Of a DNA stretch of 64,000 nucleotides, positions 27,880-36,238 are shown in pieces. Each line of letters opens with the position of its first letter. The stretch's first letter is position 1. The notes under the pieces are model-generated. The model made no database searches, had not been told where the DNA came from, and saw only the letters and a program-made list of their open reading frames with translations. A program made the translations under genes and the position numbers. The stretch covers positions 31,862 to 95,861 of the forward strand of contig JBBQWN010000005.1 in assembly GCA_038210595.1 (NCBI GenBank), read 5' to 3'. This DNA comes from Sphingomonadales bacterium. GTDB taxonomy: Bacteria; Pseudomonadota; Alphaproteobacteria; Sphingomonadales; Sphingomonadaceae.

Positions 27880-30800
27880 ACGCACCGATCGTCGAGCCGC
27901 TGGTCGGCACCTCCGGGCGGCTCGCCGGCAAGATTGCGCTGGTCACCGGCGCGGCCGGCAACCTCGGCGGCGAGATCGTCCGCCACTACCTGCGCGAGGG
28001 CGCGACGGTGGTGATGACCGGGCGCACCCCGGCGCGCACCGATGCGGCGCGCGAGGCTGTTCTGGCAGAGACAGGTGCCGATCCGGCGCGGGTCTCGACC
28101 GTCGTGCTCGACGGCGCGGACGCCGCATCGGTCCGCGCCGGCATCGCCGCGGTTGTGGAGCGCCACGGTCGCATCGACATCCTCGTCAACAATGCGGGAT
28201 CGGCGGGGCCGAAGGCGCCGCTGGAGCGCGTGCCGCTGACCGCCGACGAACTGGCGAACGGCGATACCGAGACGGTCAGCGCGGCGGCGCGCAGCCTGCT
28301 TGGCGTCGCCTGGAATCTGGTCCGCGCGGCGGCGGACGCGATGCCGCCGGGCGGGTCGATCGTCAACGTCTCGACCATCTTCAGCCGCACCCAATATTAT
28401 GCGCGCACGGCCTATGTCGTGCCCAAGGCGGCAATGAATGCGCTGTCGAAGACACTGGCGCGCGAGCTGGGCTCCCGCGGCATCCGGGTCAACACGCTGT
28501 TCCCCGGCCCGATCGAGAGCGACCGCATCCGCACCGTCTTCGCGGCGATGGACAAGTTGCAGGGCAAGCCGGCGAACGCCACCGCCGACCATTTCACCGG
28601 CATCATGGCGTTGGCCCGTGGTGCGGCGGCAGCGGATGCCAAGCCGCTGCCGACGCCGACCGATATCGCCGCCACCTGCGTGTTTCTCGGTTCCGACGAG
28701 AGCGCCGCCTTCACCGGCCACGATTTCGAGGTCACGCACGGCATGGATGTGCCGAAGGAATCGCGTTCGACCTATCTGTCGCGGCCGACGATGCGCTCCA
28801 TCGATGGCGCGGGCCTCGGCATTGTCGTGGCCGGCGGCGACAGCCTTGCGGACGCGCTGGAGATTGCGCGAGTGCAGGCAAACTGCGGGGCGGCGGTCTT
28901 GCTCGGCTTCGGCAGCGACGCCGCGGTCGCGATGGTGCAGCGCCGCCTCGATGCCGAGCCCGCGACCGGCGCACTGACGCTGGCGCGCTTCGACCGTAGC
29001 GATCCGGCCCAGATGGAGGCGGCGCTCGAAGCCTTTGGAGCTGAGATCACCGGCGCGATCATCTTGCCCGAGTTTGGCAACGACTTCTTCAACGGGCCGC
29101 TGCACGCGGCGTCGGACGAACAGGTCGACAGCTTCATCGACGCCGAGCTGACCGGCGCCGTCGCCGTCGCGCGGTCGCTGACGCGCTACTGGAAGCGCCA
29201 CGACGCGCTGGTCCACGAGCCGCGCTTCGTGTTCGTCGGCGGGCCGTCGGACGGCGGCGACAACGGTTGGAACGGCCTGCTCGCGGCTGCCTGCGAGCAG
29301 CTGGTGCGGGTCTGGCGCGACGAGAGCCAGGTCGATGTCGCAGCCGGCAAGCGGCGGCAGGCGGAGTGGGGCAACCAGATCGTCCGCACCGACAACCACG
29401 AGCCGGAGAATGTCCGCTTCACCGCCGGCCAGTGCGCGCGCATCCTGCTGAAGGAGCGCAAGGTCCAGCCGATCAGCCTGTACCTGCCCGAATCGATCGG
29501 CGAGGCGACCGGCGCGCGCGTCGCCATGGTCGGGTTCGCCGAGAACATCACCGGGCTGCATCTCGGAAAGGTCGCGCTTATCACCGGCGGCTCGGCCGGC
29601 ATCGGCGGTCAGGTCGCGCGGCTGCTGGCGCTGGCGGGTGCCAAGGTCATGCTCGTTGCACGCCGCGAGAGCGAACTGGCGACAATGCGCGCGCGTATCG
29701 TCGGCGAGCTCGAGGACGTCGGCTTCTCCGGCGTCGAGCGGCGCGTCCGCACGCTGTCGGGCATCGACGTCAGCGACCACGCGGCGCTCAACAAGGCGGT
29801 CGACGAGACCATCGCCGCGTTCGGGCGCATCGACTATCTGATCAACAATGCCGGCATCTCCGGCGCCGAGGAGATGGTCGTCGACATGGACGTCGCCGCC
29901 TGGCGGCGGACGCTGGATGCGAATTTGATCTCCAACTACGTCCTCGCGCATGCCGTGGTGCCAAGGATGAAGGCGCAGGGTTCCGGCTACATCCTCAACG
30001 TCAGCAGCTATTTCGGAGGCGAGAAGCACCTTGCCGTCGCCTACCCCAACCGCGCCGACTATGCGGTCAGCAAGGCTGGACAGCGGGCGATGGCGGAGGC
30101 GTTCGCGCGGTCGCTGGGTCCGGAAATTCAGATCAACGCCATTGCGCCGGGCCCGGTCGACGGCGACCGCCTGTCGGGCAAAGACGGCAAGGCCGGACTG
30201 TTCGACCGCCGCGGCCGGCTGATTCTGGAAAACAAGCGGCTAAATGCCGTCCACTCGGCGGTCATCCGCGCCGTCCGGGGCGGCGCGGCGATAGACACCG
30301 TACTCGGTCGCCTGGCGCGCAACGACTCGGTCCGCATCGCCCATGACCGTGACAATCCGCGTGAGCTTCGCGATCTGGCGCTATCCTGTGCGCAGGAAGG
30401 CGACGAAACCTGCAGTTGGGACCGTTTCATCCTGACCCGCGAGATCGCCGCGCGGCTTGTCCGCCGCCTGCGGCTGGGCGGCTACCTGACCGCGTCGCCG
30501 GCCTGGGCCACACGTCCCTCTACGGACGAAGCCGATGGCAGCTGGCTGCTGCGCGTACCGCTCGACGACAAGCCCTGGCTGCCGCCGGCGCGGATCGCGG
30601 CCGAGGCGGCCAAGGTCGGTGGCGGCGTCACCTCGCTGCTCAACCTCGGCCGCATGCCGACCGAGGGCGAGGTTGCGCAGGCGACGGTGTTCTTCCTCGC
30701 CGACCGCGCCGTCAGCGGCGAATGCTTCATGCCGTCGGGCGGCCTGAGCCTCGAACGCTCGACCGTCGAGCGCGAACTGTTCGGCAGCCCCAAGGCCGAG

Positions 30801-31514
30801 CGGCTGGAGCAGATGGCGGGCAAGACCGTGTGGATTATCGGGGAGCACCTCGTCGATTATCTGGCGGGCTGCGCCCAGGCCTTTGCCGACCTAGCGGTGG
30901 CGCGCGTCGTGTTCATCACGCGAACAGATGAAGGGGCGGAGACGCTGACCGCCACCGTTGCCGGCGCTCCGCTCGAATGCGTGACGGCCGGCGATGACCT
31001 GGAGGGGGCGCTGGATCGTGCCCTTGCGCAATGGGGACCACCGACGACCATCGTTTCGTCGCCGTTCACGCCGCTGCCCGACCGCCTGTTCGGCGACGAA
31101 AGCCTGAGTCCGGCCGCGTTTGCGACTCTGTGCGAGGACAATCTGACTCATCACTTCCGGGTCAGCCGCAAGGCCTCGCTCTACGACCATTGCCAGCTGG
31201 TACTGGTCACCCCCGATGTCGAGATCGGGCGCACCGGCCCGGCGTTCGCACTGGCCAACTTCATCAAGACCTCGCTTCACGCCTTCACCGCGACGCTGGC
31301 GGTCGAGAACGAGCGGCTGATCCACGATGTGCCTGTCAATCAGATCAACCTGACCCGGCGCGTTCGCAGCGAGGAACCCCGCAACCGTGACGAACATGAG
31401 GAGGAGGTTCGCCGGTTCGCCCGCGCCGTGTTGCTGGCCGGCGCGCCGCTGCCCGACGCGGAGGACTCGCGTTACCGCGCCCGCATCTATCGCGGCATGT
31501 CGATGACCGTCTAA
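27876..31514 (+). CDS. mcr: Bifunctional malonyl-CoA reductase (malonyl-CoA -> malonate semialdehyde -> 3-hydroxypropionate), four SDR-type domains
   Basis: 1212 aa. GTGA overlap with pcs. Long stretches are near-identical to the Chloroflexus Mcr sequence as I recall it: GRLAGKIAL.TG.AGN.G; NVSTIFSR..YY.R..YV.PKAA.NALS; RGIRVNT.FPGPIESDRIRTVF; GLHLGKVALITGGSAGIGGQ; GSGYILNVSSYFGGEK; YPNRADYAVSKAGQRAMAE; GPEIQINAIAPGPV.GDRL; FALANFIKT.LHAFTAT. TGxxGxxG and YxxxK motifs are present in both halves. Confidence 0.95.
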   Translation: MNAPIVEPLVGTSGRLAGKIALVTGAAGNLGGEIVRHYLREGATVVMTGRTPARTDAAREAVLAETGADPARVSTVVLDGADAASVRAGIAAVVERHGRIDILVNNAGSAGPKAPLERVPLTADELANGDTETVSAAARSLLGVAWNLVRAAADAMPPGGSIVNVSTIFSRTQYYARTAYVVPKAAMNALSKTLARELGSRGIRVNTLFPGPIESDRIRTVFAAMDKLQGKPANATADHFTGIMALARGAAAADAKPLPTPTDIAATCVFLGSDESAAFTGHDFEVTHGMDVPKESRSTYLSRPTMRSIDGAGLGIVVAGGDSLADALEIARVQANCGAAVLLGFGSDAAVAMVQRRLDAEPATGALTLARFDRSDPAQMEAALEAFGAEITGAIILPEFGNDFFNGPLHAASDEQVDSFIDAELTGAVAVARSLTRYWKRHDALVHEPRFVFVGGPSDGGDNGWNGLLAAACEQLVRVWRDESQVDVAAGKRRQAEWGNQIVRTDNHEPENVRFTAGQCARILLKERKVQPISLYLPESIGEATGARVAMVGFAENITGLHLGKVALITGGSAGIGGQVARLLALAGAKVMLVARRESELATMRARIVGELEDVGFSGVERRVRTLSGIDVSDHAALNKAVDETIAAFGRIDYLINNAGISGAEEMVVDMDVAAWRRTLDANLISNYVLAHAVVPRMKAQGSGYILNVSSYFGGEKHLAVAYPNRADYAVSKAGQRAMAEAFARSLGPEIQINAIAPGPVDGDRLSGKDGKAGLFDRRGRLILENKRLNAVHSAVIRAVRGGAAIDTVLGRLARNDSVRIAHDRDNPRELRDLALSCAQEGDETCSWDRFILTREIAARLVRRLRLGGYLTASPAWATRPSTDEADGSWLLRVPLDDKPWLPPARIAAEAAKVGGGVTSLLNLGRMPTEGEVAQATVFFLADRAVSGECFMPSGGLSLERSTVERELFGSPKAERLEQMAGKTVWIIGEHLVDYLAGCAQAFADLAVARVVFITRTDEGAETLTATVAGAPLECVTAGDDLEGALDRALAQWGPPTTIVSSPFTPLPDRLFGDESLSPAAFATLCEDNLTHHFRVSRKASLYDHCQLVLVTPDVEIGRTGPAFALANFIKTSLHAFTATLAVENERLIHDVPVNQINLTRRVRSEEPRNRDEHEEEVRRFARAVLLAGAPLPDAEDSRYRARIYRGMSMTV

Positions 31515-31524
31515 AGAGGCGGCC

Positions 31525-32469
31525 ATGAACGATTGGCTGGATTTCGAGAAACCCGTGGCGGCACTCGCCGACAGCGCGGCAGCGCTGCGTACGGCGGGGA
31601 CGCCCGAAGCGCTGGCGGAGGCCCCGCGGCTCGAGGAACGGGCGAAGCGGTTGCTGGCCGACCTCTACGGTCGCCTCACCCCGGCCCAGCGAATGCAGGT
31701 GGCGCGCCACCCGGCGCGGCCGCACTTCAAGGATTATGTCGCCGCACTGATCGAAGATTTCGTGCCGCTGGCGGGCGACCGTGGGTTCGGCGAGGATGCG
31801 GCGATCGTCGGTGGCATCGGTCGATTGCAGGGGCGCAGCGTTGTCGTGATCGGCCACGAGAAAGGCAACGACACCGCCAGCCGGGTAAAGCACAACTTCG
31901 GCATGGGCCGGCCGGAGGGCTATCGGAAGGCGACACGCCTAATGCAGCTGGCTGGCCAGTTCGCGCTTCCCGTCGTTACTTTCGTCGATACGCCCGGCGC
32001 CTATCCGGGCTTGGAAGGCGAAGCGCGCGGACAGGCGGAGGCGATCGCCCGCGCCACCCAAGCCTGCCTTGAGCTGCCAGTACCAATGGTTGCGGCGATC
32101 GTCGGCGAGGGCATGTCGGGCGGCGCGATCGGGCTGGCCGCCGCCAACAAGCTGCTGATGTTCGAGCATGCCGTCTATGCGGTCATCTCGCCCGAGGGCT
32201 GCGCCTCTATCCTGTGGCGCGGCGAGGCCGGCAGGGCGGCGGACGCCGCCGCCGCGATGAAGATCACCGCGGCCGACCTGCTCCGCCTCGGCATCATCGA
32301 CCGGATCGTCTACGAGCCCCCCGGCGGAGCGCACCGCGATCCGGCAACCGCGATGGCGCGGCTGGGTAGTGCGATCGGCGAAGAGCTTGGCAGTCTCGCC
32401 GGGCTGGACGCCGCGGCGCTGAGAAAGCAACGCCGCGACAAGTTCATCGCAATGGGCCGCAACCTGTAG
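31525..32469 (+). CDS. accA: Acetyl-CoA carboxylase carboxyltransferase alpha subunit
   Basis: 314 aa. MNDWLDFEKPVAAL...ARHPARPHFKDYV...RPEGYRKA.RLM.LA..F.LPVVTFVDTPGAYPG..GEARGQAEAIA. It starts 10 nt after the mcr stop, with AGAGG as a Shine-Dalgarno-like element. Confidence 0.95.
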   Translation: MNDWLDFEKPVAALADSAAALRTAGTPEALAEAPRLEERAKRLLADLYGRLTPAQRMQVARHPARPHFKDYVAALIEDFVPLAGDRGFGEDAAIVGGIGRLQGRSVVVIGHEKGNDTASRVKHNFGMGRPEGYRKATRLMQLAGQFALPVVTFVDTPGAYPGLEGEARGQAEAIARATQACLELPVPMVAAIVGEGMSGGAIGLAAANKLLMFEHAVYAVISPEGCASILWRGEAGRAADAAAAMKITAADLLRLGIIDRIVYEPPGGAHRDPATAMARLGSAIGEELGSLAGLDAAALRKQRRDKFIAMGRNL

Positions 32470-32474
32470 AGGCT

Positions 32475-32508
32475 TGCCCCGCCGACCCCCTCCAGGTCCG
32501 GCGGGGCA
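32475..32508. terminator. GC-rich hairpin (10-bp stem TGCCCCGCCG / CGGCGGGGCA, 14-nt loop) between convergent accA and mucR
   Basis: The inverted repeat was read directly. It lies 6 nt after the accA stop and 7 nt after the mucR stop. No clear U-tract on either side. Confidence 0.55.
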
Positions 32509-32514
32509 GGTCGC

Positions 32515-32988
32515 TCAGGCGGTCTTGCTGACGCGCGGCTTGCGCGGCTTCGGCGCGTCGCCGTTCGCGGCCGGCACCCGCGGCTTGCGGCCGAGGCCGA
32601 GCCGCTTGGCGACTTCGCGCCGGGCGTCCGAATAACCCGGCGCAACCATCGGATAGGTCGCCGGAAGATTGTAGCGCGAGCGATACTCTTCCGGAGTCAT
32701 GCCGTGGCCGGTCAGGTGGCGCTTCAAGCTCTTGTACGGCTTGCCGTCGATCAGCGAGAGAATGAAATCGCGGTTGGCGAGCGACTTACGCGCGGTAACC
32801 GCCGGCTGATGCGTCTCGGCGCTGCCACCGACGGTTTCGGTGCCGGGGCCCGACAGGCCGCTCAGCGCGGCATGAGTCGAGGCGATCAACGCCGGCAGAT
32901 CATCGACGCGGACATTGTTGTTCGCGACGAACGCCGAGAGCAGCTCGACTGTCAGTTCAGTGAGATCCTGTTGCTGTGTAGTATCCAT
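32515..32988 (-). CDS. mucR: MucR/Ros family zinc-finger transcriptional regulator
   Basis: MDTTQQQDLTELTVELLSAFVANNNV...SLIDGKPYKSLKRHLTGHGMTPEEYRSRYNLPATYPMVAPGYS is the diagnostic Ros/MucR domain. The start was taken at the internal ATG (complement of 32986-32988). Confidence 0.9.
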   Translation of the reverse strand: MDTTQQQDLTELTVELLSAFVANNNVRVDDLPALIASTHAALSGLSGPGTETVGGSAETHQPAVTARKSLANRDFILSLIDGKPYKSLKRHLTGHGMTPEEYRSRYNLPATYPMVAPGYSDARREVAKRLGLGRKPRVPAANGDAPKPRKPRVSKTA

Positions 32989-33158
32989 GGATTGACCCTT
33001 AACCATAAGAATGCCCCGCCGCGCGCGTCGAGAACGAGGCGACTTACACTCTGCTTTACGGAACCGGTCAAGATTCAAATGAAGCGGGCTTGATTGTCGC
33101 CGCCTAACATGCCGCCAGACCGATCATTCAGACTTGCCAGATCACGACAATCTGGTCA

Positions 33159-34082
33159 GTGGAGCCGATGACAATTGACCTCGCAATTCTCTATGAGCAT
33201 CCGGCATGGTTCATGCCGCTATTCGCTGCACTAGACCGTACCAACATCGAGTATCAGGCGGTCACGATCGGTGACCACAGCTTCGATCCTGGCGGGTCGC
33301 AGCCGCGGGCGCGGGTGGTGTTCAACCGCGTTGCGATGTCGAGCTTCCTGCGCGACGCCGAGCATCCGATCTTCTATGCGCAAGCGCTGTTCGATCACTT
33401 GCAAGGGCTCGGCACCCGGGTCGTCAACGGCAGTGCGGCGCTGGCCATCGATGCGTCGAAGGCGCGGCAGCTCAGTCTGCTCGCGCGCCTCAACCTCGGC
33501 ATACCGGCGACGCGGGTCGTCCATCGCCGTGCGGCGCTGCCGGCGGCTGCCGCGAGCCTGCGCTTCCCGGTGGTGGTCAAGGCCGACATCGGCGGGTCGG
33601 GCGCGGGCATCATCCGCTATGACACGCCCGACGCGCTATCCGCAGCGGTCGCGGACGGCACGACGCCGGTCAGCGTCAACGGCGTGCTGCTGGTGCAGGA
33701 ATATGTGCCCCGCCGCGGCGGCATGGTGACCCGCATCGAGACCCTGGGCGGCAAGTTCTTGTACGCCATCGACATCGCCAGCGACGGCGACACCTTCGAT
33801 CTTTGCCCGGCCGACGCCTGCAGCATCGACCGCGCGCCGGTCACCTTCACTGCCGTGCAGCCCCCGCCTGAACTGATCGACGCCGCCGAACGTATCGCCG
33901 CCGCGGCGCAGCTCGATGTCGGCGGCATCGAGTTCCTGATCGACGACCGCGACGGCGCCCCGCGCTTCTACGACATCAACGCGCTGTCCAACTTCGTCGC
34001 CCAGCCGCTCGACGTGCTCGGCTGGGATCCGCACGACCGGCTGGTAACTTTTTTGCGGGCCGTCATCGAAGAGGCACGATGA
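33159..34082 (+). CDS. ATP-grasp domain protein (RimK/glutathione-synthetase-like ligase)
   Basis: 307 aa. KARQLSLLARLNLGIPATRVV...FPVVVKADIGGSGAGI...LLVQEYVP...GGIEFLIDDRDG..RFYDINA matches the ATP-grasp core. An alternative ATG lies at 33168. ATGA overlap with the next gene. Confidence 0.75.
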   Translation: MEPMTIDLAILYEHPAWFMPLFAALDRTNIEYQAVTIGDHSFDPGGSQPRARVVFNRVAMSSFLRDAEHPIFYAQALFDHLQGLGTRVVNGSAALAIDASKARQLSLLARLNLGIPATRVVHRRAALPAAAASLRFPVVVKADIGGSGAGIIRYDTPDALSAAVADGTTPVSVNGVLLVQEYVPRRGGMVTRIETLGGKFLYAIDIASDGDTFDLCPADACSIDRAPVTFTAVQPPPELIDAAERIAAAAQLDVGGIEFLIDDRDGAPRFYDINALSNFVAQPLDVLGWDPHDRLVTFLRAVIEEAR

Positions 34083-35119
34083 TGCGCTTTGGTTTCTGGA
34101 TGCCGGTGTTCGGCGGTTGGCTGCGCAATGTCCCCGACGAGGGCATGACCGCGGACTGGCCCTATGTGAAGGCGCTCACTCAGCGCGCCGAGGCGACGGG
34201 CTGGGACCTGACCCTGATCGCGGAGCTGAACCTGAACGACATCAAGGGCATCGACGCGCCTTGCCTCGACGCCTGGTCGACCGCCGCCGCGCTCGCCGCG
34301 GTCACGGAGCGGCTGGAACTGATGGTCGCGGTGCGGCCCAATTTCCACCACCCGGCGCTGTTTGCCAAGGCGGCCGCCAACATCGACCGCATCGCCGGCG
34401 GCCGGCTGACGCTGAACGTCGTGTCGTCGTGGTGGGCGGACGAGGCCAAGCAATACGGCCTGCAGTTCGACCAGCACGACAATCGCTATGCCCGCACCGC
34501 GGAATGGCTAGCGGTGGTCGACGGACTGTGGACCGAGGACCGCTTCACGTTCGAGGGGCAGTTCTACAGCACCGACGCGGCGATCTGTGCGCCCAAGCCG
34601 ATGGCGACGCCGCGCCCCACCGTCTACGCCGGCGGTGAGAGCGAGGCGGCGAAGGCGATGATCGCCGAACATTGCGATGCCTTCGTCATGCATGGCGATC
34701 CGGTCGATGCGGTTGCCCCCAAGATCGCGGGCATGGCGGCGCGGCGGCTGGCGGCAGGCAAGCCGCCGATGACCTATGGCATGGCCGCCTATGCCATCGT
34801 TCGCGATACCGAGGCGGAGGCGGAGGCCGAACTGGCGCGCATCACCACGCTGAGCGGCGAGCCGCCGGCGGGCTACGACAATTTCGAGCAGTGGTTGTCG
34901 GGCACGCAGCTGGAGCGCGAGCTGAAGATCCGTGAATATTCGGTGTCGAACCGCGGCTTGCGGCCCGACTTCGTCGGCACCCCGGCGCAGGTGATCGAGC
35001 GCATCGCGGCGTTCGAAGCGGCGGGGCTGAACCTGCTGCTGCTCCAGATGAGCCCGCAGGCGGACGAAATGGACCGCTTCGCCGACCAGGTCATCGCACC
35101 GTACCGGGCTCGCGGTTAG
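34079..35119 (+). CDS. Luciferase-like (LLM class) flavin-dependent monooxygenase, SsuD/SfnG-like architecture
   Basis: 346 aa. MMRFGFWMPVFGGW...RLTLNVVSSWW..E...YG...DHD.RY.RT.EWL.VVDGLWTE..FTFEG.FY is collinear with FMNH2-dependent sulfone/alkanesulfonate monooxygenases. Confidence 0.85.
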   Translation: MMRFGFWMPVFGGWLRNVPDEGMTADWPYVKALTQRAEATGWDLTLIAELNLNDIKGIDAPCLDAWSTAAALAAVTERLELMVAVRPNFHHPALFAKAAANIDRIAGGRLTLNVVSSWWADEAKQYGLQFDQHDNRYARTAEWLAVVDGLWTEDRFTFEGQFYSTDAAICAPKPMATPRPTVYAGGESEAAKAMIAEHCDAFVMHGDPVDAVAPKIAGMAARRLAAGKPPMTYGMAAYAIVRDTEAEAEAELARITTLSGEPPAGYDNFEQWLSGTQLERELKIREYSVSNRGLRPDFVGTPAQVIERIAAFEAAGLNLLLLQMSPQADEMDRFADQVIAPYRARG

Positions 35120-36174
35120 CAACCGTTTGCGCAGGCCGGATCGGGCGACGCGAAAACGATGCGCAGCAGCATCGCGCCGGGTGCGGTGCGCGGATCGGTA
35201 GCGATGGCGTTGACGCGGCCGCTTTCGGGGGCGCGGATGGTCTCCACCGTGCGTCCGAAGGGATCGGCGATGGTGGCGACGATCGCCCCCTTGGTCACCG
35301 CCGCGCCCAGTTCGACCGCCAGCGTCGCGAAGCCGCCGCGGCCTGCCGTCACCTCGGCGAGCTTGTTGCCGACAAATGGCGTCACGGTGCGCGGCGGTGC
35401 GGCGGCGATCATCGTCAGGTCGGCCATCACGCGCAGCATCCCGTCGACGCCGCGCCGGGTCATGTCGGGCTGGAACACCTCCGGCCGCGACAGCTCCAGC
35501 GTGATCGCGGGGACGCCGTCGCGGACCATCTCGTTCTCGACCGTGCCATCGACGCCGGTATCGAGCTTGATGATGTCGGGCCCGGCCAGCTCGGCGATGG
35601 CCCGTGCCCGCGGCGTGCTGGCGAAGGCGTAGAGCACATAGGCCGTGCCGCGCGACTGGGTATGGAGATCGATCGCGGTCTCCGCATTCGGGCGCAGCAG
35701 CCCCGACCACAGCGCGGCCGCATAGCGTTCCGCCGCATCGCCGCCCGGCTTTCCCGGCATCAGGCGGTTGAGGTTGGAGCCGCCGTCGCCGCCTGCCGGC
35801 GTAAACGCCCGGGTTGAGTGCAGCACGCCGGGCGCGTTCAGCCCCGGCACCATGGTCAGCGTGCCCGCGAACGTGGCGGGATCGAGCCGCGCCGCCAGCG
35901 CATGGATGACCGCGATGCCGTTGAGCTCGTCACCGTGGATCGCTGCGGTGATCAGCAATTTCGGCCCTGGCCGTGCGCCGCGCACGACGATCACCGGCAC
36001 CAGCCACGCGCCGCCGGTGCGGCTGTCGCCGGCGCGGAACCACAAGCGGTGCAGGCCAGCCGGCAACGCTGCCGCATCGAGCCGGGTGACGACTTCGACG
36101 CCGTCCTGCCGGTCCCGCGTCGCCGCCGCCGCCGGCAGCGCGATCAGGACAGCGGCGAGCAGGGTGCGGAGCAT
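35116..36174 (-). CDS. Exported succinylglutamate desuccinylase/aspartoacylase (AstE/AspA, M14-like) family deacylase
   Basis: Signal peptide MLRTLLAAVLIALPAAAA. ITAAIHGDELNG is the family zinc-binding motif. Convergent with the LLM gene; the stops overlap (TTAG). Confidence 0.75.
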   Translation of the reverse strand: MLRTLLAAVLIALPAAAATRDRQDGVEVVTRLDAAALPAGLHRLWFRAGDSRTGGAWLVPVIVVRGARPGPKLLITAAIHGDELNGIAVIHALAARLDPATFAGTLTMVPGLNAPGVLHSTRAFTPAGGDGGSNLNRLMPGKPGGDAAERYAAALWSGLLRPNAETAIDLHTQSRGTAYVLYAFASTPRARAIAELAGPDIIKLDTGVDGTVENEMVRDGVPAITLELSRPEVFQPDMTRRGVDGMLRVMADLTMIAAAPPRTVTPFVGNKLAEVTAGRGGFATLAVELGAAVTKGAIVATIADPFGRTVETIRAPESGRVNAIATDPRTAPGAMLLRIVFASPDPACANGC

Positions 36175-36238
36175 GGCCGCGCTTACCGGGGCGCGCGCAC
36201 GATTGGCAAGTTACGGCAAGGCGCTAGTGTGCGGGGCC

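Noticed and set aside
23083-30029. Very long alternative ORFs inside pcs/mcr (825 aa and 748 aa on the minus strand; 675 aa and 404 aa on the plus strand)
   Set aside because: They overlap frames with essentially complete Pcs/Mcr homology. Their composition (R, G, A, D, P) and lack of motifs indicate non-coding frames kept open by GC3 bias.
31525-32469. accA as a specialised second copy dedicated to the cassette
   Set aside because: This cannot be judged from the window alone. The sequence looks like a standard AccA, and the point is recorded as a test within the accA finding rather than claimed.
35768-36238. N-terminal extension of the M61 peptidase ORF
   Set aside because: It overlaps the opposite-strand deacylase gene over about 400 nt. 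A signal peptide begins at ATG 36239, which is the sensible start.
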